DNA of 64,000 nt. It comes from Isurus oxyrinchus. Lineage: Eukaryota. A model generated the notes under the pieces. The model made no database searches and had not been told where the DNA came from. It was given only the letters and a program-made list of their open reading frames with translations. Shown here piece by piece: positions 39,480 through 53,596 of the stretch; the first letter of the stretch is position 1, and every line of letters begins with the position of its first letter. A program made the position numbers and the translations under genes. The stretch is taken from NCBI GenBank assembly GCA_026770705.1, contig JANJGN010000132.1:186001-250000 (forward strand), given 5' to 3'.

Positions 39480-41950
39480 AGTATTCAATTGTGCCTGACC
39501 GAACAAGTTCCCAGGTTATCCAATAAGAGGACACATCCTCTGTACATCCACCCTGTCAAGGACCTCCAGGATCTTACATGTTTCAACCAAGTCGCCTGTT
39601 ACTCTCCTAAACTCCAGCCTAGCCTGTCTAATCATTCCTCATAAAACAATCCGCCCATTCCAGTTATGAATCTGGGAAACCTTCTCTGAACTGATTCTAA
39701 TGTATTTACATCCTTCCTTAAACAAGGTGACCAAAACGGCACACAGTACCCCAGATGTGGTCTCACTAGTGCTTTGTATAACCGGAGCATAACATCCCTA
39801 TTTTTAAACTCAATTCCCTTTGCAATCAATGATAACTTTCTATTTACTAATTACTTGCTGTACCTGCATACTAGCCTTTAATGATTCACACACTAAGACA
39901 TCCAGATCACTGAATCTCAGAGCTCTGCAATATCTTACCATTTAGATAATATGCTTCTCTTTTATTCTTGCTGCCAAAATGGACAATTTCAAATTTTCAA
40001 TGTTATACTCCAGACCTTTGCCCACTCTCTTTATCTATCTATGTCTTTTTGTAGCCTCCTTATGTCCTCTTCAAAGCTTACTTTCCTACCTATCTTTGTG
40101 TCATCAGCAAATTTGGCAACCATCCCTTCCATCCCTTCATGCAACTCATTTATATAAATTGTAAAGAGTTGAGGTCCTAGCACTGAGTCCTTTGGCACAC
40201 TACTCGTTACACCTTGCCAACCTGAAAATTCCATTTATTCCTGTTAGCCAGCCAATCTTCTATCCATACTAATAGGTTTCCCTATATACCATGGGCTTTT
40301 GGCTTCTGTAATAGCCTTTGATGTGGCACATGATCAAATGCCTTCTGCCAATCTTACTGCAGTATATCGGTTACCATTTATCCACAGCCCATGTTACTTC
40401 CTCAAAATCATGCTGGTTCTCCCTGATTACCTTGAACTTGTCAAAGTTATCTGGTACAGCTTTTTTCATAGTAGCTTCTAACTTTTCCCCCATAACAGAT
40501 GTCAAGCTAACTGGCCTGCAGTTTCCCGCTTCCTGTCTCCTCTTTTCTATCCCAAACTAAAGGGACATCCGCTGAATCTAGTGAGCTTGGAAAAACATTA
40601 AAGCAATTCCTCAACTATCTCACGAGCCACTTCTTTTCAGACCCCAGGATGAAGTCCATCAGGACCCGGGCAGTTGTCAGCCCGCAGCTCCAACTATTTA
40701 CTCAGTACCACTTCTCTGGTGTTTGTAATTTTCCTGAGTTCCTCCCTGCCTTCCATTTCCTGATTTACAGCTGCCTCTGCAATGTTAATTGTTTCCTCTG
40801 TACTAACTACTGATGCAAAGTACCTGTTCGATTCATCTGCCATTTCCGTGGTTTCCATTAACAATTCTTCATACTCACTTTCTCTGGTGTGAACGCTCAC
40901 TTCAATAACTCGTCTCTTTACAAAAATATATTCATGGAAGCTCTTACTATCTGTTTTTATATTTGTGGCTAACTTTCTGTCGTATTCTACTTTATTCCCC
41001 TCCTTATTAAACATTTAGTCATCTGAAGCTGATCCTTCTCTTCTGCCCAATCTATTGGCATTCCAACTATCATTGCACAATCATATATATGTTTTCTTTA
41101 AATTTTGTACTCTCGTTCACCTTTCTAGGTAACCACGGATGGTGTGTTGTCCCCTGGACCTTATTTGTACTCGCTGGATTGTACATATCCTGTGTATCTT
41201 GATATATCCCCTAAAATTAAAACTATTACTTCGCAATGAACCTATCCCTTAACTTAATTTGCCAATTCACTTTAGTCAGTTCTGCTTTTATGCCCTCATA
41301 CTTTCCCTCATTCAGTCTTAAAAATATAGTCTCGGACCCACTCCTCTCTCCCTCAAACAGAATGTAAAATTCAATCATACAATAGTCAGTACTACCGAGG
41401 GCTGCCTTCACCATGATGTCATTAATTAAATCCATCTCATTGCACAATACCAGGTCTGGTATAGCCTGCTTTCTAGTTGGCTCTAAAACTAAGAAACAAT
41501 CCCGGAAGCATTCGATCAGCTCCACATCTGGGCTACCTTTACACATCTGACTTTTCCAGTCCATATGTAGTTTAAAAGCTCCCATGATTATGGTCGTGCC
41601 TTTCTGACTCGCTCCCGTTATTTCTTCCTTCATGTTACCGTGTGGCTACTATTAGGAGGCCTGCACACGACTCCTACAAGCGCTGTCTTTACTTTCCCAT
41701 TTTTCACCTCTATCCAAAGTGTTTGCACGTCCTGGTTAGATGGGTTTGGCTCATCCCTCTCTATTCTGCTAAGCCATCATTAACTAGCAGCGCCACCCCT
41801 CCGCCATTTCTTCTCCTCATGTCCTTCCAAAATGCCCCTTGATATTCAAGTCCCAATCCATGTCCTCCTGCAGCCATGTCTGCAATGGCGATCAAATCGT
41901 ACTTCTTTAATTGTGGATGTGCTCTTATTTGGAAAGAATCAAAATTAACC
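39480..41950 (-). mobile_element. Decayed CR1 LINE ORF2 (endonuclease and RT)
   Basis: YDLIAI, GGGVALLV, EPTRKQAIPDLVLCN, SVLGPQLFTIYINEL..KFADDTKIG and LYKALVRPHLGYC motifs. Confidence 0.9.
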
Positions 41951-42599
41951 TCTTTCATTGGTTTGGGGTGAGGCTCATTTGGTGTCACTTCATCTCTGTG
42001 TCTAAAGCCATGAACACTGAGGACAAATCTGTATCTCTTATTCCCTGGGCTCCGGGATGTATATTCAATTGTGAGCAAATAACGCACCCTTGTAAATACA
42101 GAGCTATTGCAAACAATGTTACATCTTCTTATCAACAATACAACTTATCGTATATAGCCACGTCAACACTTGTTTTAGCACCATACCAGAGATGCAATAC
42201 ATTATTAGTAAATGTTAATAACACCTTCCTACAGTTATGTCAAGACAAAGGCTGCTCTCCAATACAGATCTTCTGCTTTACGCATATGGTTCGTCAATTG
42301 AACCAAGTCATAGATCGTTCAGTTGTAAGATGAGGTGTCGTGTTAAGTTAAAGCTGCTGAATTCACCTTTTTTGTTTATCCCTTTGAAACTGACAAAGAA
42401 TCCCTCAATTGCACAATTCAAATAAAACAAATATAATTCATCGAACCTAAGCTTCTCTGTACCTTAAAGTAATTAAGGCAATAACACCGGTTCTTGCTCC
42501 CAGCCTAAAAGCTATATAGCCTCAATAGCAGAAACTCAAACTGAGCTGTAAAGATAAGATAAATATTATTTCGTATCAACATAAAACCATATAATATTC

Positions 42600-45500
42600 G
42601 TATATTATCACTACTTAAAGGCCATTCCGTTCGTTCTTACTGTTCTTGTCTTGTGAAGGATTAGTTCAACTCCTGCCACCCTCTGTCTGCTCCCCGTAGG
42701 CCAGATGTTTTCCTCCTTTTCATATAATTATCCAATCCCATTTTGAATGACTCGATTGTCACGGCCTCCACCACATCCTCACGCAGTCCATTCAAGGTCC
42801 TATCCACTCGCTGCATGAATAAAAGCGTTTCCTCATGTCCCTAATGCTTATTTTCCCAATTACCTTAAATCTGTGCCCCTTGGTTCTCGATCCTTCCACC
42901 AATTGGACCGTTTTCTACTTTCATCTCTGTCCAGACCCATCTAGATTTTGAATACATCTATAACTTCTGCCCCAACCTTTTCTCCTCTATGGAAAGCAGT
43001 ACCAATTCCTCTCATCTGCCAGTTTAACTGAAGGTCTCCATCCCTGGAACCATTCTCGTGAATCTTTCCTACTCTCTCACTGATACATTCACACTTTTCT
43101 TAAAGTGTGGTGCCCAGAACTGGACGCAATTCTCATGTTGAGACTTTAACAGTGTTCGAAAAACTCTTTGATTTTGAACTTTGTGCCCCAATTTATAAAG
43201 CCTCAGATACCATATGATTTATTATCCAGCCTGTCAGTACTAACAACAGAGACAGGGCATCGTGTTCTATAAACAGAACATGGACTCGTGCAGCATTCAG
43301 TGTGACCTCCTCTAGCTTAATATAAACATGGCAGGGTCAACTCAAGTAATAACTGAGGGAAAGCCTCGTGTAATGCAAACAGGCACATGTTCCAGTTTAG
43401 TACAAAGGGGGACATTGTACAAGGTATTATCAATTGGGACATGAAGTTTTGTCATGTTAGCTGAGGCATGGTTGCGTGCAGTCATAACTGTGAGTGTGTC
43501 ACAGAACAGAAAGAGGGCTTTGGTTGAGAAGAGATTGGGCCGAATACAGAAATAAATGAGACATAGCCTCCTCTAATATGATCAATGACACGACCTAGTG
43601 TTATTTAAACAGGCACGGTCTATGGTTTGATATGAGTGGAGACAGGGCCAATGCAGTAACCATCGAGAAATGCCTGCCTCACGCAATTTGAACAATCACG
43701 GTTTCGGTTCCATCTGCTGGACAAACCTTGCTATTGCAGATGCTGTGGAAATGCTGATTTAATTTACTGTTTCTGACAGCAATCATAGAATCGAAGAATT
43801 CTTACAGAAAAGTAAGAGGCCATTTGTCTGGTCGATGCTAACCCTCTAAAGGAGCAATTGACCTATTTCCACACGTTTCCCCCTCGTCCAGCATTGTTCC
43901 CTTTTCCGAAAATGATGCAATTTATTTTGGAAAGCATCAATTGAATCTGCCTCCACCACACACTCAGCCTGTCCACTCCAAATCCTAACCACTCACTGCG
44001 CGACAAAAAGTTTATTTTTAAATGTCGCCGTTGCTTCTTTTCCTGATTATCTTAAATCTGTGCCCACTTGTTCTCGAATCTTCCACCATTGGGAACTCTT
44101 TCTCCCTGCCTACTCTGTCTGGACCGTCATGATTCAGGACAACTTTAACAAATCTTCTTTCAAACAGGGTATGGCATAGGAAGAAAACGCTAATATATTT
44201 TTGTTGTTGTTACAAGAAAATAACATAGGTGGAGTGTGAAAATTGGATCGAGTGAGGGCATCACCACTGATGCTAGCTGGGCTATAATTGCGTTAAATAT
44301 GTATTTTTGTTTCATCTTCTATGAAAGAGGGAACAGTTAATATGTACATTTGATCCGCAAATGAGACCATAGGACTTTCAGGGGCAAATTGCTACATTTA
44401 TTACGTTAGCATCAGCATGGTTGATGAAGAGCTGTGGAAATTCAGCTGAATCACTCCACGGCCCAGATAAGATGCATCCGAGGATTTTTATGGAATTAAG
44501 CTAAAATATGCAGGTTCTCAGTCATAAATCTGTGAAAAATGCTTGCATTCTGCAAAGACACCTGGCGAGCAGATAAAATAAAATGCAGCGTTTATTGTTC
44601 TTTGGTAAAATGCTCGCAAAAGTAAGTCAGGAAATCACAATGAGTTACCCCTCGTAAACCCGTAAGAAAGGAAGGTTTATGGGGCATGTGGAGAGAAGGA
44701 GCCAGTAAGTGTCCATGAAGGAAAGGACTCGCTTATCGAGCTGACTGATCACTCTGAACGTGAGCAAAACGAGCTTCATGGGGCAAGAGAGACAGTGGAT
44801 GTGATGCATTTGGATTTCTGCAGGCTTTCTAAACAGTTCCTCTGGAAAGGATGGGACCCTGGAAGAAATATCGCCACAATCAGAGGGAGGACTGCAAGGG
44901 AATCGGAATTAGTTGATTGACAGATTCCAGATTGTAATGATACAGGGATTGTATTCGGACAGGAAGGATACTAACGCTGGGATCTCACATTGTTCTGTTT
45001 CATTCCGCATTAGTTTAAGATTCTGACAAATGAAACCAGAAGATCAATGCTTACAACTGCAGCGAGGGAAAAGGCTACTGAAGATCACAGGTGCACATCT
45101 GATCAGGGTAAGCTATGGGCGGATTTAAATACGTGAAAAATGGGCAGAAAGCCAATGGATAACATTCCTCGGAGAGGAATTCAAAATGTGTCACATGGAG
45201 ATAAGGAATTAAGGAAGGAAAAATCACACATGGAAAAAATAACCTGTATGGAAAAAGAATAAAAACTGGTTTCTGACTGACAAGAGTTGATTATCTTTCA
45301 ACCATGAGCAAAGCAAACGAGGCCCTGGGACGGACACCGATTCCCTCTCTCCACCCTTCCTGACACCTTCCCCGGCATAGTGCCAGTCTTGCCACCTTCC
45401 AGCCTGCTCTAATGGAGCTGGAAAGTTCAGGTTAATATTCCACTGTGTTTTCGATCTATGGAGCAGACTCTCGAAAGCGTGGAAGCTGTTAACATTGATT

Positions 45501-45800
45501 CTTACAGGAACACAAAGATAGGAGCAGGAATAGGCGGAATGGCCGTCGATCTGCTCTGTCATTCAGAACTTGTGCTTCAACTCCTTGTTTCCGCCCTTTG
45601 CCCATATCCCTTAAATCCGAGACACTGTAACCCTGCCTATCCCGAACTGAAGTGGATGGAGAATCCAGAGCTTTCTGAGGTAGGGAATTCCAAAGGTTCA
45701 CAACACTTTGAGTGAAGTAATTCCTCCTCATCTCAGACCAAAATGTTCGGCCCCTTATCCTGGGATCGTTCCCCGTGTTTTAGATTCGCTGACCAGGCTG
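42600..45800. mobile_element. Several decayed CR1 fragments, with an inverted satellite block at ~43240-43700
   Basis: CR1 3' ends at ~42600-43230, ~43780-44160 and ~45495-45800 (FTQSVVNLWNSLPQ), plus a decayed plus-strand RT at ~44200-45150. Confidence 0.7.
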
Positions 45801-46459
45801 TAAAGATGTGAAAATAAATTCTCTCCCATATATTGTTTGTGTTTGATATGTATAATTTCCCCCCTTGGACCAAGAATGTGAGAAATGGAGAACATTATCT
45901 TGGAGACATAAGTAGTAAAAAAGCTTTAACAAGATCCAATGTGTCGGGTTGAACATTGACAATGTATTGCAGAGGAATTACAGAATACAGCAAAGTTTAA
46001 ATACTCCCATTCTGAATGAGATTAGAGTCTGATAACTGTACCAAATGTGCACATTGCAGTCTGAAATAACTCCCAACAACCAGCTTCAACCAATACCTCC
46101 AATGGGGAATGATGAGAGAGTTCATGTACAGGGTCAGGTGGTAAAAGAGCGAACCCTGCTGCGAACTTCAATCCGACACAGTATTGTTCCATATACATAA
46201 TTCGTCAGTATGTTTTAAAATGCAACCATGCAGTAACGGAACTTCTCTGAGGCTGGCAAACAGCAGCGCCTGTAGTGGCGGTGAGGGGCCAGCAGAGGGT
46301 AGCATTGCATTACTTTAATCACAACACAATGAAACGGATTTGAGACGAGGCTTTGACCCTTTTAATTCATTCATGCGGTACTCTTTGCCATTGAATAAAT
46401 TCATTTATCTAAAATTCTTCAGCAGGAATACTTGCAGCGTACTTGTATCATAAATGCAT

Positions 46460-47110
46460 TGTCAGTATCCTGGAGGTTACTATTGACCAGAAACTAAATT
46501 CGGCTAGCCATATAAATACTGTGGCCACAAGTGCAGGTCAGAGAGGCTGGGGATTGTGCGATGAGTAACTCACCTCCTGACTCCCCAAAGCCTGTCCACC
46601 ATCTAAAGGCACAAGTCAGGAGTGTGATGGAGTACTCTCCTCTTGCCTGGATTTGTGCATCTCCTAAACACAAACTCAAGAAGCTTGACACCAAAGCAGC
46701 CCTCTTGATTGGCACCTCATCCACAAACATTCACTCCCTCCACCACCGACGCACAGTAACAGCAGCGTGTACCATCTACAAGATAAACTGTAGGAATTCA
46801 CCAAGTCTCCTTCGACAGCACCTTCCAAACCCATCCAGAAGGACAACGGCAGCAGACACATGGGAGCACCAGTACCTGGAAATTCCCCTCCAAGTCGCTC
46901 ACCATGCTGACTTGGAAAAATATTGCCCTTCTTTCACTTCACTGGGTCAAAACCCTGGAACTCCATTCCAAACAGCACTGTGGGTGTACCTAAACCACAT
47001 GGACTGCAGCGGCTCAAGAAGGCAGCTCACCACCAACTTCTAAGGGGCAACTGGGGAAGGGCAATACATGCTGGCTCACCAGTGATGCCCACATCCTGTG
47101 AAATGAATTA
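46460..47110 (+). mobile_element. LINE family B 3' end
   Basis: KAQVRSVMEYSPLAW..SLHHRRTV..IYK; tail GGGCAATACATGCTGG..CCCACATCC. Confidence 0.85.
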
Positions 47111-48239
47111 AATATGCCAAAGTACCAATAAATCGACAACTGTCCCAGGTTTATGACTGTTGACAATGTCACTGCAGTTGCATCCCTGTTAGCAAGTTAA
47201 TGCTGTTCCATGTACGAGTCACTGATATGGGACTGCAGTGTGATTAACCAGCAAACTGAGAGCCTGGTCACTCCCTGCTCACTACATGAATATCAGATCG
47301 CAGCTCCAGTTAACTGACTATCGCTGGGGGTGGGGGGCTCAGTGGTATCCAGGATAGATGAGGGAGATATGAGGTTAGCCTGACAGATCTCAACCCCCTT
47401 GAGAATGAACTCTTTCTCACCCGTGTTCTCCTCTTTCAATGAGACGGGCACTTTGCTGGTGAAGAGGGTGATCTGGAGACCGGTGAGCCTCGATTTATCC
47501 TGAACGAATGTGTCTGCCATCTTATAGCCTTCGAATTCGTCACCACTCACTTGTGCTTGAAATTGACCTTGAGCGACTGCTGGTGAAATACAGAATGGAA
47601 TGTCTTCTGCCCCATCGGCATCCGCCCGCCAACATAAACTGTTCTTAGTCAAATATTGCTAACAGCCGAGCGTTTTCCAGGTACCATACACTCTCTCCTT
47701 AATGCATTCATGGCTCATATCTGTCACTAGGTCAGTTCACATTTTTTAAAGTTTCTTAAATCGCTGCTCTCCATTTGTCGCTTTGTTCTATTTCCGGTCA
47801 AGTTGACCAGTTGAAATGACCTGAATGGCGATGGTCTGATCTGAATGACCATGTCCGTCGTGTCTGATATTGCTCACATGCTGTCTCCCTCTCACTGCCT
47901 GAACCTGTTCCCACATTTCCCATTACTGCTGGGCTCATCCTGGGGCAGTGTAGCTATTTGCGAGACATGAGACTTTGGAACTTTTTAAATGTTTTATTTT
48001 TTTCTAAATATTAAAGATTTACATTGAAATGTACCCACCATGTGTCTTGTCTTTAGATCCTGAATTGTTTTACTCAGCTCAATGTTATTGTGAAATACTC
48101 AGTCAGGCCCTTAAATTATCACTTTAGCATTAGTCATTGTACCGAGGATGATGTCCGGATTGAAGCTCCACCCTAGGCCCAATCGGGCTGTGCAGGACTG
48201 AGCACTGCACACTTGCAGGTGTCCCATTTTATTTTGTTT

Positions 48240-50320
48240 TTCTCTTTATGGTTTGTGGACATCACTGGCAAGGCCAACATTTTCTGTCCACTCCTAATTG
48301 CCATTTAACTGAGTGGCCTGCTGGGGCAAATTTCCTGGGGCATTTAAGAGTCAGCCGCATTTGCGGTGGGTCTGGAGTCACATGCAGCCCAGACCGAGTA
48401 AGGACAACAGGTTTCCTTCCCGAAAGGACAATATTGAGCCAGACGGGTTTTTACAACAATCGATGAGTTTCATCGTTGCCATTACTGAGACGAGCTTCGT
48501 TTTCTAGACTTGGTGAATTTAAATTGCACGAACTGCTGTAGTGGGATTTGAGCCAATGAGCATTAGCCTGGCTGTCTGGATTACTCGTCCAGTGAGGTTA
48601 CCACTAATCCTCCATCTCCCCGAGGTAGAATTCAGAGGCAGTTGAATTCAGAACCATGAGAAAAGGTAATTCTTCTATTTGTTCGCAGGATGTGGGCATC
48701 ACTGGCTGGGCCAGCATTTATTCTCATCCCTAATTACCCTTGAAGATGGTGATGAGCTACTTCCTTGAACCAAGGTCGGCATTTGCTGTCCACTCCTAAT
48801 TGTGAGGGTCATGTTAGGGGATATTTAAGTATCAACCACACTTGCTGTGGATCTGGTGTCATATGTAGGCCAGGAGGGGATGGCAGGTTTTTTTCACTAA
48901 AGGACAAATGAAACCAATTCATGTGGTGTAGATACAACCACAATGCTGCTGGGTAGTTCCGGGATTTTGACCCAGCGACAGTGCAGGAACGGCTATAATT
49001 TTCCAACTCAGGATGGTGAGTAACTTGGAGCGGAACTTCCAGGAGGTGGTGTCCCATTGTCTCTGCTGCCCTTGTCCTACTAGATGGTAACGGCCGTGGG
49101 TTTGAAAGGTGCTGCTGAAGGATCTTTGGTGATTTCCTGCAGTGCATCTTGTAGATGGTACACACTATTGCCACTGTGCGTCGGTGGCGGAGGGAGTGAA
49201 TGTTTGTGGATGTGGTGTCGATTGACCAGCTGCTTTGTCCTCGGTCGTGTGAGGATTATTGCGTACAGTGGGAGCTGTACTCATGCAGGCAAGTGGGGAC
49301 TATTCCATCACACTCCTGACTTTTGCCTTGTAGATGCTGGACAGGCTTTAGGCAGTCAGGAGACGGGTTACTCGCTGCAGGATTCACAGCCTCTGACCTG
49401 CTCTTGTAGACACAGTATTTACGTGGATAGTCCAGTTCAGTTTATGGTCAAGGGTAACCGCCAGGTTGTTAATAGTGGGGGATTCAGTGACCGTAATCCC
49501 ATTGAATGTCAAAGGGCGATGGTTAGGTTCCCTCTTGTTGGACAGGGTCATTGCCTGACACTTGTGTGGTGTGATTGTTAATTACCACTTGTCAACCCAA
49601 GCCTCGATATTGTCCAGGTCTTGCTGCATTTGGACATGGACTGCTTCAGTGTCTGAGGAGTCACAAATGGTGCTGAATATTGTGCAATCACCAGCGAAAA
49701 TCCCCACTTCTGACCTTATGATGGAAATAAGGTCATTGATGAAGTAGCTGAAGATAGTTAGGCCAAGGACACTCCTCTGAGGAACTCCTGCAGTGATGTC
49801 CTGGAGCTGCATTGACTGACCTCCAACAATTACAGCCATCTCCCTTTGTGCTAAGTATGACTCCAACCGGTGGAGAGTTTTCCCCCTGATTCCCATTGAT
49901 TCACTTTTGCTAGGGCTCCTTGATATCAAGGGCAGTCACAGGCACCTCACCTCGAGAGTTCAGCTATTCTGTCCATGTTTGAACTAAGGTTGTAATGAGG
50001 TCAGGAGCTGAGTCGCCCTAGCAGAAACCAAACTGGGCATCAGTGAGCAGATTATTACTAAAGTGCTGCTTGATAGCACTGATGACCCCTTCCGTTACTT
50101 TACTGATGGAGAGCTGGCTGATGGGGTGGCAATTGGCTGGGTTGGATTTGTCCTGTTTTTTGCGCACTGGGCAAATTTTCCACATAGCCGGGTAGATGCC
50201 AGTGTTCTAGATTTACTGAAAGAGCTTGGCTAGGGGTGCGGCAAGTTCTGGAGCTCAAGCCTTCATTACTGTAGCTGGAATATTGTCAGGGCCCATACCT
50301 CTTATAGTACCCATTGCCTC
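48240..50320 (-). mobile_element. SINE plus LINE family B RT and 3' end
   Basis: AGVPQRSVLGL..FINDL..SEVGIFAGDC motif; shared 3' tail. Confidence 0.85.
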
Positions 50321-50859
50321 TTGGGTGAGGAATAGCAGCGGAGTGGTGAGGTAGGGACATGAGTGTTTTGACACATCAAGTGGTAATGACCTGGAGCTCG
50401 CTGCTCCCCAGGGTGATCCAAGTGGAAATGAATGATTTCTGAATGAAACTGGACCGTTGAGGCAAGGCCGCTTTCTGGACTATATCAGCTGCATGGGAAT
50501 GAATAGGACTGCCCTGTGGGAGCTCGCATTGACAGTGAGCTGAATGGCCTTCAGATGGGACATAAAGGACTGACTCCAGGTCGGAAGAGGAGGGTGTGTC
50601 GAAGATTAAAAATGAACTGATTTTCTGCTGTACTAACTTGGCCTAACACTCGTGCCTCTCTCTGAAGTCAGCAACGATCACTTTCCCTGGTGAGGGGCCA
50701 TCGTGTTCAATGTTGGTGATCGGCGAGACCCTAATGTAAGAGTTGGAGTGACCCTGACTTAGAGTCAAAGTCAACAAGGCTGAGCGACATTGAATGTCAG
50801 ATATCGCTAATTAATTGTACCTAACGTTTAGCATGCTGGGGGGGATGGGGGGTGATGGG

Positions 50860-51745
50860 GAGATAGTGTCCTCATGGTATATTTGGAATTGATTACAGGA
50901 GCCTGGAATTATAAAGCTAGTCTCCATAATGGTGACCAGAACAATTATAACTAACCACAACTTGAAAAGAACCATCAGGTTCACTAATGTCCCTTTCGGG
51001 AAGGAAATCTGCCGTCCTTACCCGGTCTGGCTTACACGTGACTCCAGACCCACAGCAATGTGTTTGACTCTTAACTGCCCTCTGAAATAGCCAAGAAAGA
51101 CATTCAGTTGCAGGGTATTTAAGGATGGGCGGCAAATGCTGGCTCTGCCAGCGACACCCAGTCCCCAGAAAGAATGAAGATAAGGGAAGCATTCTCTGGC
51201 AATTTACCCTAAACAGCCTCGCTCCAATTTAAATTCAATTAAAAAGCCAGAAATATGAAGCTGGCCTCAGTCCTGGTGACCATGAAACTATCGTTCATTG
51301 TTATAAAAACCCATCGGGTTCATTAATGTCCCTTTAGGGAAGGAAATCTGCCGTCCCCCAAAACCGGTCTGCCCAACATGTGACTCCAGACCCACCGCTA
51401 ATGTGGTTGTCTTTTTTAACTGCCCCCTGAAATGGCCCAGCAAGACACACAGTCCTCAAGGGCAATTAGGGAGGGGTGATATATGCTGGCCCCGCCGGCT
51501 CCACTCCAATCCTATGATCGAGTAACGCTAACAGTAATAATGATAATGAAAAATCTATAATCACTGGCTGTGCAGAATTGACCAGAAACAGTTCGGTATG
51601 AGTGAGGCAGAGTGTTTGGAAAGTTCCCCAGCTTCTCACAATCCACGTGGACAGCGGCGGTTCAAGGAGACTGCCCACCATCACCTTCATTAGGAATGGC
51701 CAATACATGGGTGGCCTCACCAGCGATGCCAAACTCCTGTGAAAG
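50860..51745 (+). mobile_element. Tandem SINE copies and a LINE family B tail
   Basis: GGTTCACTAATGTCCCTT..GGAAGGAAATCTGCCGTCC..GTGACTCCAGACCCAC occurs twice. Confidence 0.75.
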
Positions 51746-53596
51746 AAGAACAGAAACGGAGAAGTGGAGAAATCTGAGACACGTTTTACCTGGGACTGTG
51801 ACAGCAGAGAGGGCGGTGTAGTATATGGCATAGAGCGGGCCTCTTGGTGGAAAGTGCATCTTCTGAGAGGAGCAGCGGTGAGAAGCACCCACGCTCTGTT
51901 CGACTATTGAAGTAGGAATTATTATTCCTGAGATTTAAGCCCCCCAGAGGCACAATTAGGGAGCCTAGAATGTGCTTGTCTAACTTTGAACAAACAAGTG
52001 AGGTTGAGTCACCCATTCATATTAATTACAGACATTGAACAAACTCGTACAACTGCAGCCCCTTTGACTGTAGTTTCCGATGCAGGAGAATGATCTCGGC
52101 TGTTTCCCACAGAATGCTAGAAGGAAATGTCGCACATTTATCCTGTGGTCTGTCCGATCACATTGGGAGCCGCCGGTGTTTCCTAGAACATCTTCAGGGC
52201 ATAAATTCAAAACTCTTGATCCTCTCCCAAAAGGTCATTAATCTGTGGAATTCTCCGTCCATTACTGAAAATAAACCTACTGTTCTAAAACATATGAACT
52301 ATGGCATTAAGCACATATAACACAAGGTTACAGTTAGACCGAAGTGTCAGCTACATGTTCAACATTAGATCGGCATATCAGGTAGAAATTTATCCTTAGC
52401 CTCAAGTTAAAGTTAAAGGTAGCTGCTGGATCTGACTGTCAGGTACAGTGTCAACAGTAGATCGTGATCTCTGTTACAAGGTTGGACTGGAGTGTCGGGT
52501 ACAGAGCAGTAAAACACCACATTTCAATCATATGGTAACATTTTGACGGTGACATCACTTGAACCGGTTCATCAAATGGCAAAGTCATTGTTAGAACAGG
52601 GCCCCATTTCCATGGACACCAATATTCAATGGTTATCAATTGCAAGGTTATTATTACATCGGAGTATCACTTACAAGGGCAGCTTTAATGTTAAACTAGA
52701 TTATCAGCTCAATAATCAATGTCAGTCCATGGTCTTAGTGTTACGGTAACTGTTAGAGCTGACAACAGTTTAAAATGATCAATCTATTATCAATTTTGAA
52801 GTTTCCTTTTTAATCATTAGATAATTAACACCCTTTCAACCTTTCGCTCTCTGGCTGCTCCTGTCCATCCTGTGACACTTGTGCTAATTTCATCCCCTGA
52901 GAAATGAATTGAAAGGCTCAAATTACAGGTGTCATTTTATCTCAGAAATAATCAGAACTCCGGAATCAAAACTATTCATTTCTGATCAGTGCTCTTACCC
53001 TGCAGGGTCCCATAAGTCTGTTCTTTTTCACAGTGTAAGATGCTGTATTCAGTTAATATTCAACAACAAACACGAATTACTGATTTCTGGCGGCTCGGAG
53101 ATTAAACGCGTTTGGTAGTGTTTCTGCCCCATTTTGAACGGGGGTTTGTGCGCCTGTTGGGCGAATATGACAACCAGGACACTACAGAGAGTTAGCCAGA
53201 GGGGCATGTATAGAATTTCAAACTGTGTCCTCATGTTGCAGTTCTGGGTTATCCTTTGCAGAAATAGGATTGGGCTGAGATATTTAGGAACACCTTGATC
53301 TCGCACTGGAATCGTAAAAGTTCACAGCTCATTAGGACCAATCGCGCCCTCGCCAGCTTTTTTGAAAGAGCTGCCCAATTAGTCCCAATACCTTTCTCTT
53401 TCTTCATACAGCAGCTTTTCCATTTCAAATTTTTGTCCAATTCCCTTTTGAAAACTCGGAGTTAAGGAAGATAATATTGAAAAAGGCGCAGGACCTTCAG
53501 CAGTGCCCATGCTCAGTGTGTGAAAACTAACAAGGTTTCCCTGACCCATTCTCAGCATTTTATTTTATTAAAAATATATTACTGTTCATATAGTAT

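Noticed and set aside
52050-52125. ZNF143/Staf-like motif TTTCCCACAGAATGC upstream of the tRNA cluster
   Set aside because: An imperfect match ~1.6 kb from the nearest tRNA, with no snRNA gene recognised nearby
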